In this document: positions 10,426 to 22,990 of the stretch, piece by piece
Numbering within the stretch: position 1 is the stretch's first letter
How the letters are laid out: the number at the start of each line of letters is the position of its first letter
NCBI GenBank assembly: GCA_030141605.1
Contig: JAQGDQ010001319.1
Span: 1 to 47,524, forward strand
Source: Tubiluchus corallicola
Taxonomy: Eukaryota; Animalia; Priapulida
Direction: 5' to 3'
Length of the DNA: 47,524 bases
Notes under the pieces: generated by a model
Told to the model about the DNA's origin: nothing
Database searches by the model: none
Seen by the model: the letters and a program-made list of their open reading frames with translations, nothing else
Position numbers and translations under genes: made by a program

Positions 10426-13400
10426 CTAGAAATAATTGAAAATCAGTCACTCTAACGTGGTGGAAATACGGTAACTAAGCGCGTGGCGTTAGGGGAAGAC
10501 AGGATGATGTTTCACGTACTACCTTTTCATTTTCAACTGTACATTTTCAAATCCAATAAAAGTATTGACTTTAACGCAATTAATACTGCAAAATCGTTTC
10601 TGATAATTAAATCATAGATTAAAAAGTTAATTAACGGCAGGTGGGCCCAACTGTTGATGACATCACAAACTAACATCATTTTCAACGGCAAAAATATTCC
10701 ACGAGCGTGTTTGCAAAAGCGAAAGTTGAAGTACAGTGCCATTGTAAGATATTCTATGTGTTGTACTAAATCTAGGCACGTTTTAAGATAAAAATTCAAA
10801 TTTCAAATTTGCCACTGTGCTCAGGCATGAGCTGTCGAATGCGTGCAGTTCATCACAAACTAACACATCTGAAGTGACAGGTATAGCACCTGTATTTTGT
10901 GCAATGCGTTTCCGAAATGCAGGCTCTATACTATGACAATACACTTACTAGGCATAATGTTAGCATGACCTGTAGCCTGACAATAAACTTACTAGGCACA
11001 ATGCTAGCATGAGCTGTAGCCTGACAGTACACTTACTAGGCACAATGCTAGCATGAGCAGTAGCCTGACAGTACACTTACTAGGCATAATGCTAGCATGA
11101 CCTGTACCTGACAATACACTTACTAGGCATAATGCTAATGAGCTGTAGCCTGACAATACACTTACTAGGCATAATGCTAATGACGTAGAAAGCAATGACT
11201 GTAGCCTGACAATACACTTACTAGCATAATGCTAATGACTGTAGCCTGACAATACACTTACTAGGCATAATCTAGCATGAGCAGTAGCCTGACAATACAC
11301 TTACTAGGCATAATGCTAGCATGAGCTGTAGCCTGACAATACACTTACTAGGCATAATGCTAGCATGAGCAGTAGCCTGACAATACACTTACTAGGCATA
11401 ATGCTAGCATGAGCTGTAGCCTGACAATACACTTACTAGGCATAATGTTAGCATGACCTGTAGCCTGACAATAAACTTACTAGGCACAATGCTAGCATGA
11501 GCTGTAGCCTGACAATACACTTACTAGGCATAATGCTAGCATGAGCAGTAGCCTGACAATACACTTACTAGCATAATGCTAATGAGCAGTAGCCTGACAT
11601 ACACTTACTAGGCATAATGCTAGCATGAGCAGTAGCCTGACAATACACTTACTAGGCATAATGCTAGCATGAGCAGTAGCCTGACAATACACTTACTAGG
11701 CATAATGCTAGCATGACCTGTAGCCTGACAATACACTTACTAGGCATAATGCTAGCATGAGCTGTAGCCTGACAATACACTTACTAGGCATAATGCTAGC
11801 ATGAGCAGTAGCCTGACAATACACTTACTAGGCATAATGCTAGCATGAGCTGTAGCCTGACAATACACTTACTAGGCATAATGCTAGCATGAGCTGTAGC
11901 CTGACAATACACTTACTAGGCATAATGCTAGCATGAGCTGTAGCCTGACAATACACTTACTAGGCATAATGCTAGCATGAGCAGTAGCCTGACAATACAC
12001 TTACTAGGCATAATGCTAGCATGAGCAGTAGCCTGACAATACTCTTACTAGGCATAATGCTAGCATGACCTGTAGCCTGACAATACACTTACTAGGCATA
12101 ATGCTAGCATGACCTGTAGCCTGACAATGCACTTACTAGGCATAATGCTAATATGAGCTGTAGCCTGACAATACACTTACTAGGCATAATGCTAGCATGA
12201 GCAGTAGCCTGACAATACACTTACTAGGCATAATGCTAGCATGAGCTGTAGCCTGACAATACACTTACTAGGCATAATGCTAGCATGAGCTGTAGCCTGA
12301 CAATACACTTACTAGGCATAATGCTAGCATGACCTGTAGCCTGACAATACACTTACTAGGCATAATGCTAATATGAGCTGTAGCCTGACAATGCACTTAC
12401 TAGGCATAATGCTAATATGAGCTGTAGCCTGACAATGCACTTACTAGGCATAATGCTAATATGAGCTGTAGCCTGACAATACACTTACTAGGCATAATGC
12501 TAATATGAGCTGTAGCCTGACAATACACTTACTAGGCATAATGCTAATATGAGCTGTAGCCTGACAATACACTTACTAGGCATAATGCTAGCATGAGCTG
12601 TAGCCTGACAATACACTTACTAGGCATAATGCTAATATGAGCTGTAGCCTGACAATACACTTACTAGGCATAATGCTAATATGAGCTGTAGCCTGACAAT
12701 ACACTTACTAGGCATAATGCTAGCATGAGCAGTAGCCTGACAATACACTTACTAGGCATAATGCTAATATGAGCTGTAGCCTGACAATACACTTACTAGG
12801 CATAATGCTAGCATGAGCTGTAGCCTGACAATACACTTACTAGGCATAATGCTAATATGAGCTGTAGCCTGACAATACACTTACTAGGCATAATGCTAAT
12901 ATGAGCTGTAGCCTGACAATACACTTACTAGGCATAATGCTAGCATGAGCAGTAGCCTGACAATACACTTACTAGGCATAATGCTAATATGAGCTGTAGC
13001 CTGACAATACACTTACTAGGCATAATGCTAATATGAGCTGTAGCCTGACAATACACTTACTAGGCATAATGCTAGCATGAGCTGTAGCCTGACAATACAC
13101 TTACTAAGCATAATGCTAGCATGAGCTGTAGCCTGACAATACACTTACTAGGCATAATGCTAGCATGAGCTGTAGCCTGACAATACACTTACTAGGCATA
13201 ATGCTAATATGAGCTGTAGCCTGACAATACACTTACTAGGCATAATGCTAATATGAGCTGTAGCCTGACAATACACTTACTAAGCATAATGCTAGCATGA
13301 GCTGTAGCCTGACAATACACTTACTAGGCATAATGCTAGCATGAGCTGTAGCCTGACAATACACTTACTAGGCATAATGCTAATATGAGCTGTAGCCTGA

Positions 13401-15698
13401 CAATACACTTACTAAGCATAATGCTAATATGAGCTGTAGCCTGACAATACACTTACTAGGCATAATGCTAGCATGAGCTGTAGCCTGACAATACACTTAC
13501 TAGGCATAATGCTAGCATGAGCAGTAGCCTGACAATACACTTACTAGGCATAATGCTAGCATGAGCAGTAGCCTGACAATACACTTACTAGGCATAATGC
13601 TAGCATGAGCAGTAGCCTGACAGTACACTTACTAGGCACAATGCTAGCATGAGCAGTAGCCTGACAGTACGCTTACTAGGCATAATGCTAGCATGAGCTG
13701 TAGCCTGACAATACACTTACTAGGCATAATGCTAGCATGACCTGTAACCTGACAATACACTTACTAGGCATAATGCTAATATGAGCTGTAGCCTGACAAT
13801 ACACTTACTAGGCATAATGCTACCATGAGCAGTAGCCTGACAATACACTTACTAGGCATAATGCTAGCATGAGCTGTAGCCTGACAATACACTTACTAGG
13901 CATAATGCTAGCATGACCTGTAACCTGACAATACACTTACTAGGCATAATGCTAATATGAGCTGTAGCCTGACAATACTCTTACTAGGCATAATGCTAGC
14001 ATGAGCAGTAGCCTGACAGTACACTTACTAGGCATAATGCTACCATGAGCAGTAGCCTGACAATACACTTACTAGGCATAATGCTAGCATGACCTGTAAC
14101 CTGACAATACACTTACTAGGCATAATGCTAGCATGACCTGTAACCTGACAATGCACTTACTAGGCATAATGCTAATATGAGCTGTAGCCTGACAATACAC
14201 TTACTAGGCATAATGCTAGCATGAGCAGTAGCCTGACAATACACTTACTAGGCATAATGCTAGCATGAGCTGTAGCCTGACAATACACTTACTAGGCATA
14301 ATGCTAGCATGAGCTGTAGCCTGACAATACACTTACTAGGCATAATGCTAGCATGACCTGTAACCTGACAATACACTTACTAGGCATAATGCTAATATGA
14401 GCTGTAGCCTGACAATACACTTACTAGGCATAATGCTAATATGAGCTGTAGCCTGACAATGCACTTACTAGGCATAATGCTAATATGAGCTGTAGCCTGA
14501 CAATACACTTACTAAGCATAATGCTAATATGAGATGTAGCCTGACAATACACTTACTAGGCATAATGCTAATATGAGCTGTAGCCTGACAATACACTTAC
14601 TAGGCATAATGCTAGCATGAGCTGTAGCCTGACAATACACTTACTAGGCATAATGCTAATATGAGCTGTAGCCTGACAATACACTTACTAGGCATAATGC
14701 TAATATGAGCTGTAGCCTGACAATACACTTACTAGGCATAATGCTAGCATGAGCAGTAGCCTGACAATACACTTACTAGGCATAATGCTAATATGAGCTG
14801 TAGCCTGACAATACACTTACTAAGCATAATGCTAGCATGAGCTGTAGCCTGACAATACACTTACTAGGCATAATGCTAATATGAGCTGTAACCTGACAAT
14901 ACACTTACTAGGCATAATGCTAATATGAGCTGTAGCCTGACAATACACTTACTAGGCATAATGCTAGCATGACCTGTAACCTGACAATACACTTACTAGG
15001 CATAATGCTAGCATGACCTGTAACCTGACAATACACTTACTAGGCATAATGCTAGCATGACCTGTAGCCTGACAATACACTTACTAGGCATAATGCTAAT
15101 ATGAGCTGTAGCCTGACAATACACTTACTAGGCATAATGCTAGCATGAGCTGTAGCCTGACAATACACTTACTAGGCACAATGCTAGCATGAGCTGTAGC
15201 CTGACAATACACTTACTAGGCATAATGCTAGCATGACCTGTAACCTGACAATACACTTACTAGGCATAATGCTAGCATGACCTGTAGCCTGACAATACAC
15301 TTACTAAGCATAATGCTAGCATGAGCTGTAACCTGACAATACACTTACTAGGCATAATGCTAATATGAGCTGTAGCCTGACAATACACTTACTAGGCATA
15401 ATGCTAATATGAGCTGTAGCCTGACAATACACTTACTAAGCATAATGCTAATATGAGCTGTAACCTGACAATACACTTACTAGGCATAATGCTAATATGA
15501 GCTGTAGCCTGACAATACACTTACTAGGCATAATGCTAATATGAGTTGTAGCCATAGCAGAACTCTCTCGTACAGCAAAGAAATTTTTGTCTTTATACTT
15601 ACTAGATGCAATAGTTTCCTACCTTCATTCCCAAGAGAAAATCTAGTCGTATTTACACGTGTAGTAGCAATTACTATTCTTTAGTAAAAATTACTTAC
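10426..15698 (-). other. Predicted 5273-bp GT-AG intron of the secreted-protein gene
   Basis: Donor TCG|GTAAGT at 15698 and acceptor ttctAG at 10427-10426, both phase 0. Confidence 0.75.
10935..15555. repeat. 44-bp minisatellite, ~105 copies (gctgtagcctgacaatacacttactaggcataatgctagcatga)
   Basis: Period 44 (11281/11325). Contains the 10-bp palindrome ATGCTAGCAT. Confidence 0.97.
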
Positions 15699-15746
15699 CG
15701 ATAGTACTAGAAGTGGACCTATGAATGATACAATTTGAATGTCCAT
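15699..15746 (-). CDS. First coding mini-exon, N-terminal part of a signal peptide (MDIQIVSFIGPLLVLS)
   Basis: ATG at 15746, 16 mostly hydrophobic codons, then a perfect GTAAGT donor. Joins in frame to ALAFA-EK. A strong acceptor (gtgtttttgtttacAG) lies just upstream, with exon start at 15765. Confidence 0.75.
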
Positions 15747-15918
15747 ACTGCCCATGCTACGTCAGCTGTAAACAAAAACACAAACTTTAACAAAGGAAAA
15801 CAAATTTACAGCCACAGCCTTGCCAATATCTTAATTAGGCCAAGGCTACGTAATTATTATTATGTAAACATATATGTGAATAAACATAGAAATGATTATA
15901 ATAATGACTGGAGCCTTA

Positions 15919-16587
15919 AGGTACGACTCCACGTGTACGCAGTACGTGATGCGTGATGCGCGATGCGTAAGGCGTATACAACAGTTTGTATTTAAACATA
16001 AAGAATTGTTTCTATGTGTACGTAATGCGTAATCCGTAATGCGTATGCGTCATCAGTATTCATTTAAACGTGATTCCTATCGTCCGAATACGCATCACGC
16101 AGCAATACGCAGACGGGAATCCGCCGTTGCCTAGGTGATTATAGCGAGTTTTCAAGTTTCCGGTGACCATTTTGCTGTTTAACTTTCTGTAAATTCTAGT
16201 TATGTGAGTTTTGGTCACTTTGAGACCTACAAACGATAACGTTTTTTCTATTTGAGTTTTTGAGAGTTGGAAGAAGCATGTAGTTCTGTGTTGTACATCT
16301 AACTGCAGTTCTTTCCCTAAATGATGATACCGGCCATATTGTTCTCTCCCCTTCAAAATGTCGTGTACCCAAAACCTGTGCTGTCTCTTCCGTCTAATAG
16401 TACGATAATAAGCTAATGTCACATTATCACCTTAAATTTCGACAGAGACAAGGTTTCCAAAAATTATTGTTTGCAATTTTCACGAATAATGACCAGAAAT
16501 GGCAGAAAGAACACCGCGAGCTTTGTTAATACGTAGAAACAGTAAATACGCATCACGCATTACGCATTACGTGCACATGGCGTCCTA
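15919..16587 (-). mobile_element. PIF/Harbinger-type non-autonomous DNA transposon with a transposase N-terminal remnant
   Basis: Imperfect TIRs: ccacgtgtacgcagtacgtgatgcgtgatgcg (15929) versus the reverse complement of the right end, ccatgtgcacgtaatgcgtaatgcgtgatgcg (to 16580). ORF 16060-16422 has RFWVHDILKGREQYGRYHHLGKELQLD..FFQLSKTQIE, resembling Harbinger transposase N-termini. Confidence 0.75.
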
Positions 16588-16911
16588 GAGTAATTCTAAC
16601 CCCATTACATAATCACAGAAATTCACTCAGCTTAGTATTTCTTCAGTACATGAAAATTACGAACCATTTTGAATGTTTGAAGAAATTTTTGAACAACAAA
16701 ATTCAATTTATGAAGAAATGGATTATAAATTGAATTTTAAAGACGCAGTTACCCCCTCCGAATCATACAATGTTGATTTATCTCTGCACTAAATAAAGTA
16801 CATGTACATTTTGATTATAATTATTATTTAATTAATGTAAATATATACGAATATACATATAAACTATAGTAACATTGACATCGCTATAAGTGTCTATACT
16901 ATAAAAATATA

Positions 16912-17215
16912 CTACTTACATGGCAAAATAGTAGCAAAAACTATGAAAAACTATTAAAATTCACAATATTTCATAAGTCACTATCATGTCACCATGTAGA
17001 CAAATTTCTAGATATGTAATATAGCATTTTAATCTATTTATTCTCATGATTTTTAACTTACACTAATTGACACAATTGCACACATCAGTCTGTCAGTGAC
17101 TGGTTATACACTGATTTTACATATGATGTAATTTGCTTATGTATGATATATTTATGTTTATTTATGTATGATGTAACTAGTGCATAATTTTCGCAATAAG
17201 GATTTCTATATATCT
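16912..17215. repeat. Dispersed repeat A, copy 1
   Basis: Clear direct similarity to 36092-36320 (tattaaaattcacaatatttcataagtcac..catgtagacaaattt). Confidence 0.8.
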
Positions 17216-17967
17216 ATATATTCAGTGTTATTAAAAAACTTACCTGTGCAAATTTGACTGTTTAATAATTTTTTTTTACTATTCATAACTCTTTCGACTA
17301 AACTAAATGTTTTACGTTCAACAAAATTTTAATAAAATTTTTAAAGCTCTGGTCTTTTCAATTTGTCTTTGCTGTCAACTGTGCAAAAAATAGAAAATTT
17401 TCAAAGAGAAAATTTCCATGAATTTCACAACTTACCTTGTAGTAGTTATAATGACGTCAGTAACGTGTTTGCAAAAGTAATTAACGTATATTTACACCTC
17501 TAATTAGCTCATTAGCGCGTTTAAATTGTTTCGAACGAACCTGGCAAAATTATTAGGCGAATGTAACGCGCACGTTGTAGCTCTTGCCAAGTGATCTACA
17601 TGCTGATTTGCAAGTGATTGCCTAGGTGATTTATCTAAGTGATCTCCTGCAATCTTTGCTCTCATCTTAGTTTCGTCTCACTAAAGCCCTGCTCTTTTTA
17701 TTTCCGTATTTTTGCAACTTGCGTTCTCGTCTTTTCCTTTTAAAACTTAAAATCTTGTATCTGTTTAGTTCAAGAATTATTATGCAACAAAACGCCATTT
17801 TCATAAATTTATGTCTTGATTTCATTATACGGCTGTTTGTTTATCTGTTTGTCTGCCTGTCGGTGTCTATATTATTTATTTGTTTCTTTTTTCTTTGTTT
17901 ACTGATTGTTTGTTTAACTGTTTGATTGCTTGCTTGCTAGCTTGCATGTTAGTCGGTCAGCCAGTCT

Positions 17968-17998
17968 GTTAGTTAGTAAGTAAGTAAGTAAGTAAGTA

Positions 17999-18031
<33 letters not shown>

Positions 18032-18330
18032 AGTTAGTCAGTCAGTCAGTCAGTCAGTCAGTCAGTCAGCCAGTCAGTCAGCGAGTCAGTCAGTGAGTCA
18101 GTCAGTGAGTCAGTCAGTGAGTGAGTCAGTGAGTGAGTCAGTCAGTCAGTCAGTCAGTCAGTCAGTCAGTCAGTCAGTCAGTTAGTTAGTTAATTAGTTA
18201 GCTAACTAGTTAATCAGCTAGGTAGTCAGTCAGTCAGTCTATCTGCCTGCCTGTCTGTCTGTCTTTCTGCCTGTCTCTCTGCCTGTCTTTCTTTTCGTTT
18301 GTCTGTCTGTCTGTCTGTGTGTCTGTCTAC
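17968..18330. repeat. Compound tetranucleotide microsatellite (AAGT/TAGT/CAGT/GAGT/CTGT)
   Basis: Directly visible. Confidence 0.9.
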
Positions 18331-18789
18331 TTGTTTACATGTGTTTGTTTGCTCATTTTTTCACACTAGTTGAGTTTATGCGCTTGTTTGTTTGTCTGTT
18401 TGCTTGCTACTTGATTGGTCAATCTACCAACCCGTTCACCTTGTTTATTTTCCTTTTAGCTTGTTGTTTTATTTGTTGTTGACCAGCTGATGCGTCACAA
18501 TTGGTCATTCGTCTTCAAATCTTCGCTTCTTTTATCACCCCAGGCATTTCGCCGCATTTAAAGGGTCCAATGATCTCCAATGTCGGCTTGCAAGGGTTAA
18601 TCAGCTTTGATCGCTATCACCGTTACATGGAACGGGAAGTTATTGTTAGAAAGGCACCAGGATCTATTCGCTTTGATGAGTCTGATTATTATCACACAAG
18701 TCATGTCAAGCAGAGCTGGTCTTTCACTGATCTGTGTAAATTTATTGTGCCATTTTGAGTCAAAAACTGTAACACTAAGAAAATGTATT

Positions 18790-19060
18790 CGCTTGAAGCA
18801 CAAAAAACGCTTTTCGTAAATCAAGGTTAAAAAATTCGTCTTGAAATTTTATATCACTTACATACTGTCTTATTCCATGTAGAGCTTCCGTTAGCAGTAG
18901 CGCTGTATAAAATTTGTAAAATTTGTAAGCTTCCGCGATGACCGTTAGGCGCAGCCATTTTAATGGTAGGTCGTTTGTAACTGAGCAAAGTTTGAAAAAA
19001 TAATCATAGCACGCTCTTCACTAACTAAATAAAATTTTAAATTATTTTTCCTGTCAATAA
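18790..19060. repeat. Dispersed repeat B, copy 1
   Basis: Direct similarity to 34926-35215 (aaaaaattcgt.ttgaaattt.atatcacttac; ccgcgatgaccgttag.cgcagccatttt; cactaactaaataaaattt). Confidence 0.8.
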
Positions 19061-19179
19061 GATGAATGATTTCGTGCATCACTGGTGCACACTGGGATAC
19101 CCGTTAGCAGATATCGCTTTAAACAATGAAGAATATTCTTTTCTTGTTACACAAATCTAAGAGATGGATGACGGAGTTA

Positions 19180-19212
19180 AATAAATAATAATAATAATAA
19201 TAATAATAGTAA

Positions 19213-19266
<54 letters not shown>

Positions 19267-19340
19267 AACTACTACTACTACTACTAATAATAATAATAGT
19301 AGTAATAATAATAATAGTAGTAGTAATAATAATAATAATA

Positions 19341-19436
<96 letters not shown>

Positions 19437-19461
19437 GTAATACTAATACTACTACTACTAT

Positions 19462-19529
<68 letters not shown>

Positions 19530-19532
19530 GTA

Positions 19533-19576
<44 letters not shown>

Positions 19577-19580
19577 TAAT

Positions 19581-19612
<32 letters not shown>
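19180..19612. repeat. Compound (AAT)n/(ACT)n/(AGT)n microsatellite
   Basis: Directly visible. Confidence 0.95.
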
Positions 19613-21239
19613 ACGGTGACGATAACACTAATATAACAACCGAACGAGTTTAAGATTAGATCAGTTTTTGGTTTAAAGTTAGATTGAATTAGAAGTACAT
19701 TTAGTGTAGGTACTGACGGTTGGCAGTAATACTTGTTTCTTGTGTTTCTGATTCATAACTATGGGCTTTCATTACGTGTTTAAGGCCTAATTTAGCGATA
19801 CATCGGAGTCTGTTTACTGAGCTTTTAGACAAGCTTGAGTACAAATGACAACCGTGTTGTTCAAGTACTCATTAATAAACAACTTGTGCTAGAATCAACT
19901 ACATGTACTGCTATAATAACTGCAATACTACACCAATTGTATTAGTTTCACATGTGAATTATGTAGCAACATTGTACATTACAATCTACAACTTATTGTA
20001 TGGGCTTGTAGGCTTATGTACATCAAGTATCGTTTCTGTTATCGTATCTACTGCATGGGTTTTGTAAATTTCAATTAAGTATTAACTAATGAACTAGTCG
20101 TATTTTTGGATTAACTATTTTGAGTTATTACATACTCGAAGTAACTAATTGTATATTTCATAACTGCATATAGTGGAAATACTGTGATCATTAATAGTTA
20201 CTGTGTTTTAAATCCACTCAAAATAAATAAAGTTTATATATTATATATAAAGTATTTTGCGGTGACTTCTACTGAATAATAAAGAAAATCGTAAGAAATG
20301 GTATTTTATTGAGTATAACGACAATTATAGTATCATAAGCGCACAGAGAGATTCACATTTTATCTACGAATATCTAGAACTTTCAGACATACGTGCTCAT
20401 CATTATTTAACACCTTGGTCAAAGCTTCAAGCAAACAGCCTTCCTAATTAATAAATTACGAATGTTCATTTCAGCAGCACTAATTTACTTTAGTGTTCGT
20501 CTTTAAATAGTAACAGCATCGTCGCTGTCATCGCCGTCGCTACTATTTCATCGTCATCATCAACAATATCCACATTTGTATCCATCGATAATAAGGTATT
20601 ACAAAAAGTAAGGCCATTGAAGCTCTATGTACAAATATACCAGCAGACTGACAATAAAAATTTTTAATAAAGGAAAACCGGACGATTGTTCAGACTCAAT
20701 CTCATTTTAATTTACTGTCCAAAATGTACATTTTCTTGCCTATAAAGTTAACAATTGTTCCTTATATTTGAATAATTAGCTTAGAAAGTCAATTAACGGC
20801 AACTGAACACAGCTATTGCTTACGTCAGAAACTAACCACAGTTTGTGCAATGGTAGGCGTCTTCCCTTGCGCGTCAAGCACATTTGCTTAAGTGTTACAG
20901 TACTGTTTAAATGCATGATGTCACGAAAATGGGCTCTACATCACATGACGTCAGAAACTAACACTCTAGTTCATGATCATGGTTATCACGGTGCCGCCTT
21001 CTATTTGTCGGCCACGCGAACGTGACAAAAAAGCACCGCTGCCAATCTTAGTAGATTCACTGAGCCGCGAGTAGCATTGAAAGTTTCCGAAATTTGAGTG
21101 TCCGAGGTAATTATTGTTTAATCTAAGCTTTGATTTAAAATAAGCGATTGTAGTTTTTAATATTTCAGAGCATTCTTTATTCTGAACTCATGTTTACACA
21201 ATCATCCGGTTTTCCTTTAAAGATAACAACTAATACCAG

Positions 21240-21422
21240 TCTACCAGGCGTAGTTAATTGTAATTTTTAACGAAATCGTCTCACTTTTGTTTTGTTATCA
21301 AAGCAATTACCAGGCGTAATTAATTGCACGTTTTACCAAAAACTCCTCACTTGGTTTGTTATCAAAGCGATTACCAGGCGTAGTTAATTGTATTTTTTAA
21401 CAAAACTCACTTTGTTTTGTTT
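21240..21422. repeat. Degenerate ~65-bp tandem repeat, 3 copies
   Basis: taccaggcgta(g/a)ttaattg..ctcactt..ttgtt recurs three times. Confidence 0.75.
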
Positions 21423-21559
21423 TCAACACAATAGCACGTTAGTTATCACAATTTGCTTTGTCGTGGTAAAATTGAAGCCAGTCTGTAACGTGAATTCTTT
21501 GAAGTTGCAGAACACAATAAGATTTCCACACTTTCCCTATACGCATGCGCAGTTACTGT

Positions 21560-21886
21560 AGGTCAAAGGTTAAGGGTACCACAAGAACGCGTCTTAACTC
21601 ACTACAACCATGGCAGTCTTTTGCGTTAGTTCGGTAACTTCATCTGTTTTAGTTCAATTCAATTCAATTTTTTTCAATTCAGACCATGTTTTACATGGAC
21701 TTTACTCAATTATACATTAGTCTGTGCGTAGAGTGATTTACTATCAGCATCTTGCTTGGGAAGAAGAAAAAATGGAGTAGATAAGGTTCTAGCTAGTTGC
21801 TAAAACTGTTACTATTACAATAGCATGGGCTGCGAGGCGTTGTCAAGTATGCACAAATACATTCTGGTACAGTTAACCTTTGACCT
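21560..21886. mobile_element. Small MITE-like element with 22-bp terminal inverted repeats
   Basis: aggtcaaaggttaagggtacca (21560-21581) versus tggtacagttaacctttgacct (21865-21886), 2 mismatches. Confidence 0.55.
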
Positions 21887-21925
21887 TTTCACGATGATCA
21901 TCAACCGCTGGAACTATGAAAAGAC

Positions 21926-22900
21926 TTATTGATTATGCCACACATCAGTAGAAATTCCACCATCGTGTGGCAATGTGTGACCATTGTGTGATTCGAGCCA
22001 CACTATTGATTATGCCACACATCAGTAGAAATTCCACCATCGTGTAAGGCAATGTGTGACCATTGTGTGATTCAGCCACACTATTGACCATTATAGCCAT
22101 ACATCACGTAGAAATTCCACCATCGTGTGGCAACCATTGTGTGATTCGAGCCACACTATTGATTATGCCACACATCAGTAGAAATTCCACCATCGTGTGG
22201 CAATGTGTGACCATTGTGTGATTCGAGCCACACTATTGATTATGCCACACATCAGTAGAAATTCCACCATCGTGTGGCAATAACCATTGTGCGAGCACAC
22301 TATTGATTATGCCACACATCAGTAGAAATTCTACCATCGTGGCAATGTGTACCATTGACACTATTGATTATGCCACACATCAGTAGAAATTCCACCATCG
22401 CAATGTGTGACCATTGTGTGATTCGAGCCACACTATTGATTATGCCACACATCAGTAGAAATTCCACCATCGTGTGGCAATGTGTGACCATTGTGTGATT
22501 CGAGCCACACTATTGATTATGCCACACATCAGTAGAAATTCCACCATCGTGTGGCAATGTGTGACCATTGTGTGATTCGAGCCACACTATTGATTATGCC
22601 ACACATCAGTAGAAATTCCACCATCGTGTGACCATTGTGTGATTCGAGCCACACTATTGATTATGCCACACATCAGCAGAAATTCCACCATCGTGTGACA
22701 ATGTGTGACCATTGTGAATCTAGCCACCCTATTGATTATGCCATACATCAACAGAAATTCCACCATCGTGTGACCATTGTGAATCTAGCCACCCTATTGA
22801 TTATGCCATACATCAACAGAAATTCCACCATCGTGTGACCATTGTGAATCTAGCCACCCTATTGATTATGCCATACATCAACAGAAATTCCACTACTGTG
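21926..22900. repeat. 77-bp minisatellite with 65-bp variant units, ~14 copies
   Basis: tattgattatgccacacatcagtagaaattccaccatcgtgtg..; period 77 (22434/22511) and 65 (22730/22795/22860). Confidence 0.92.
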
Positions 22901-22990
22901 TGACAACAGGGCTATGCTCTGAATAAGTTTTTCGTACGACAGATTTCGGCAGTTCCATTTTTAACTACAATTGTCACATTATTAACAAGG

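Noticed and set aside
10510-10530. Nearby ATGAAAAG|GT as the first exon of the secreted-protein gene
   Set aside because: Wrong phase for the 10425 acceptor and no hydrophobic core; the 15699-15746 exon fits much better.
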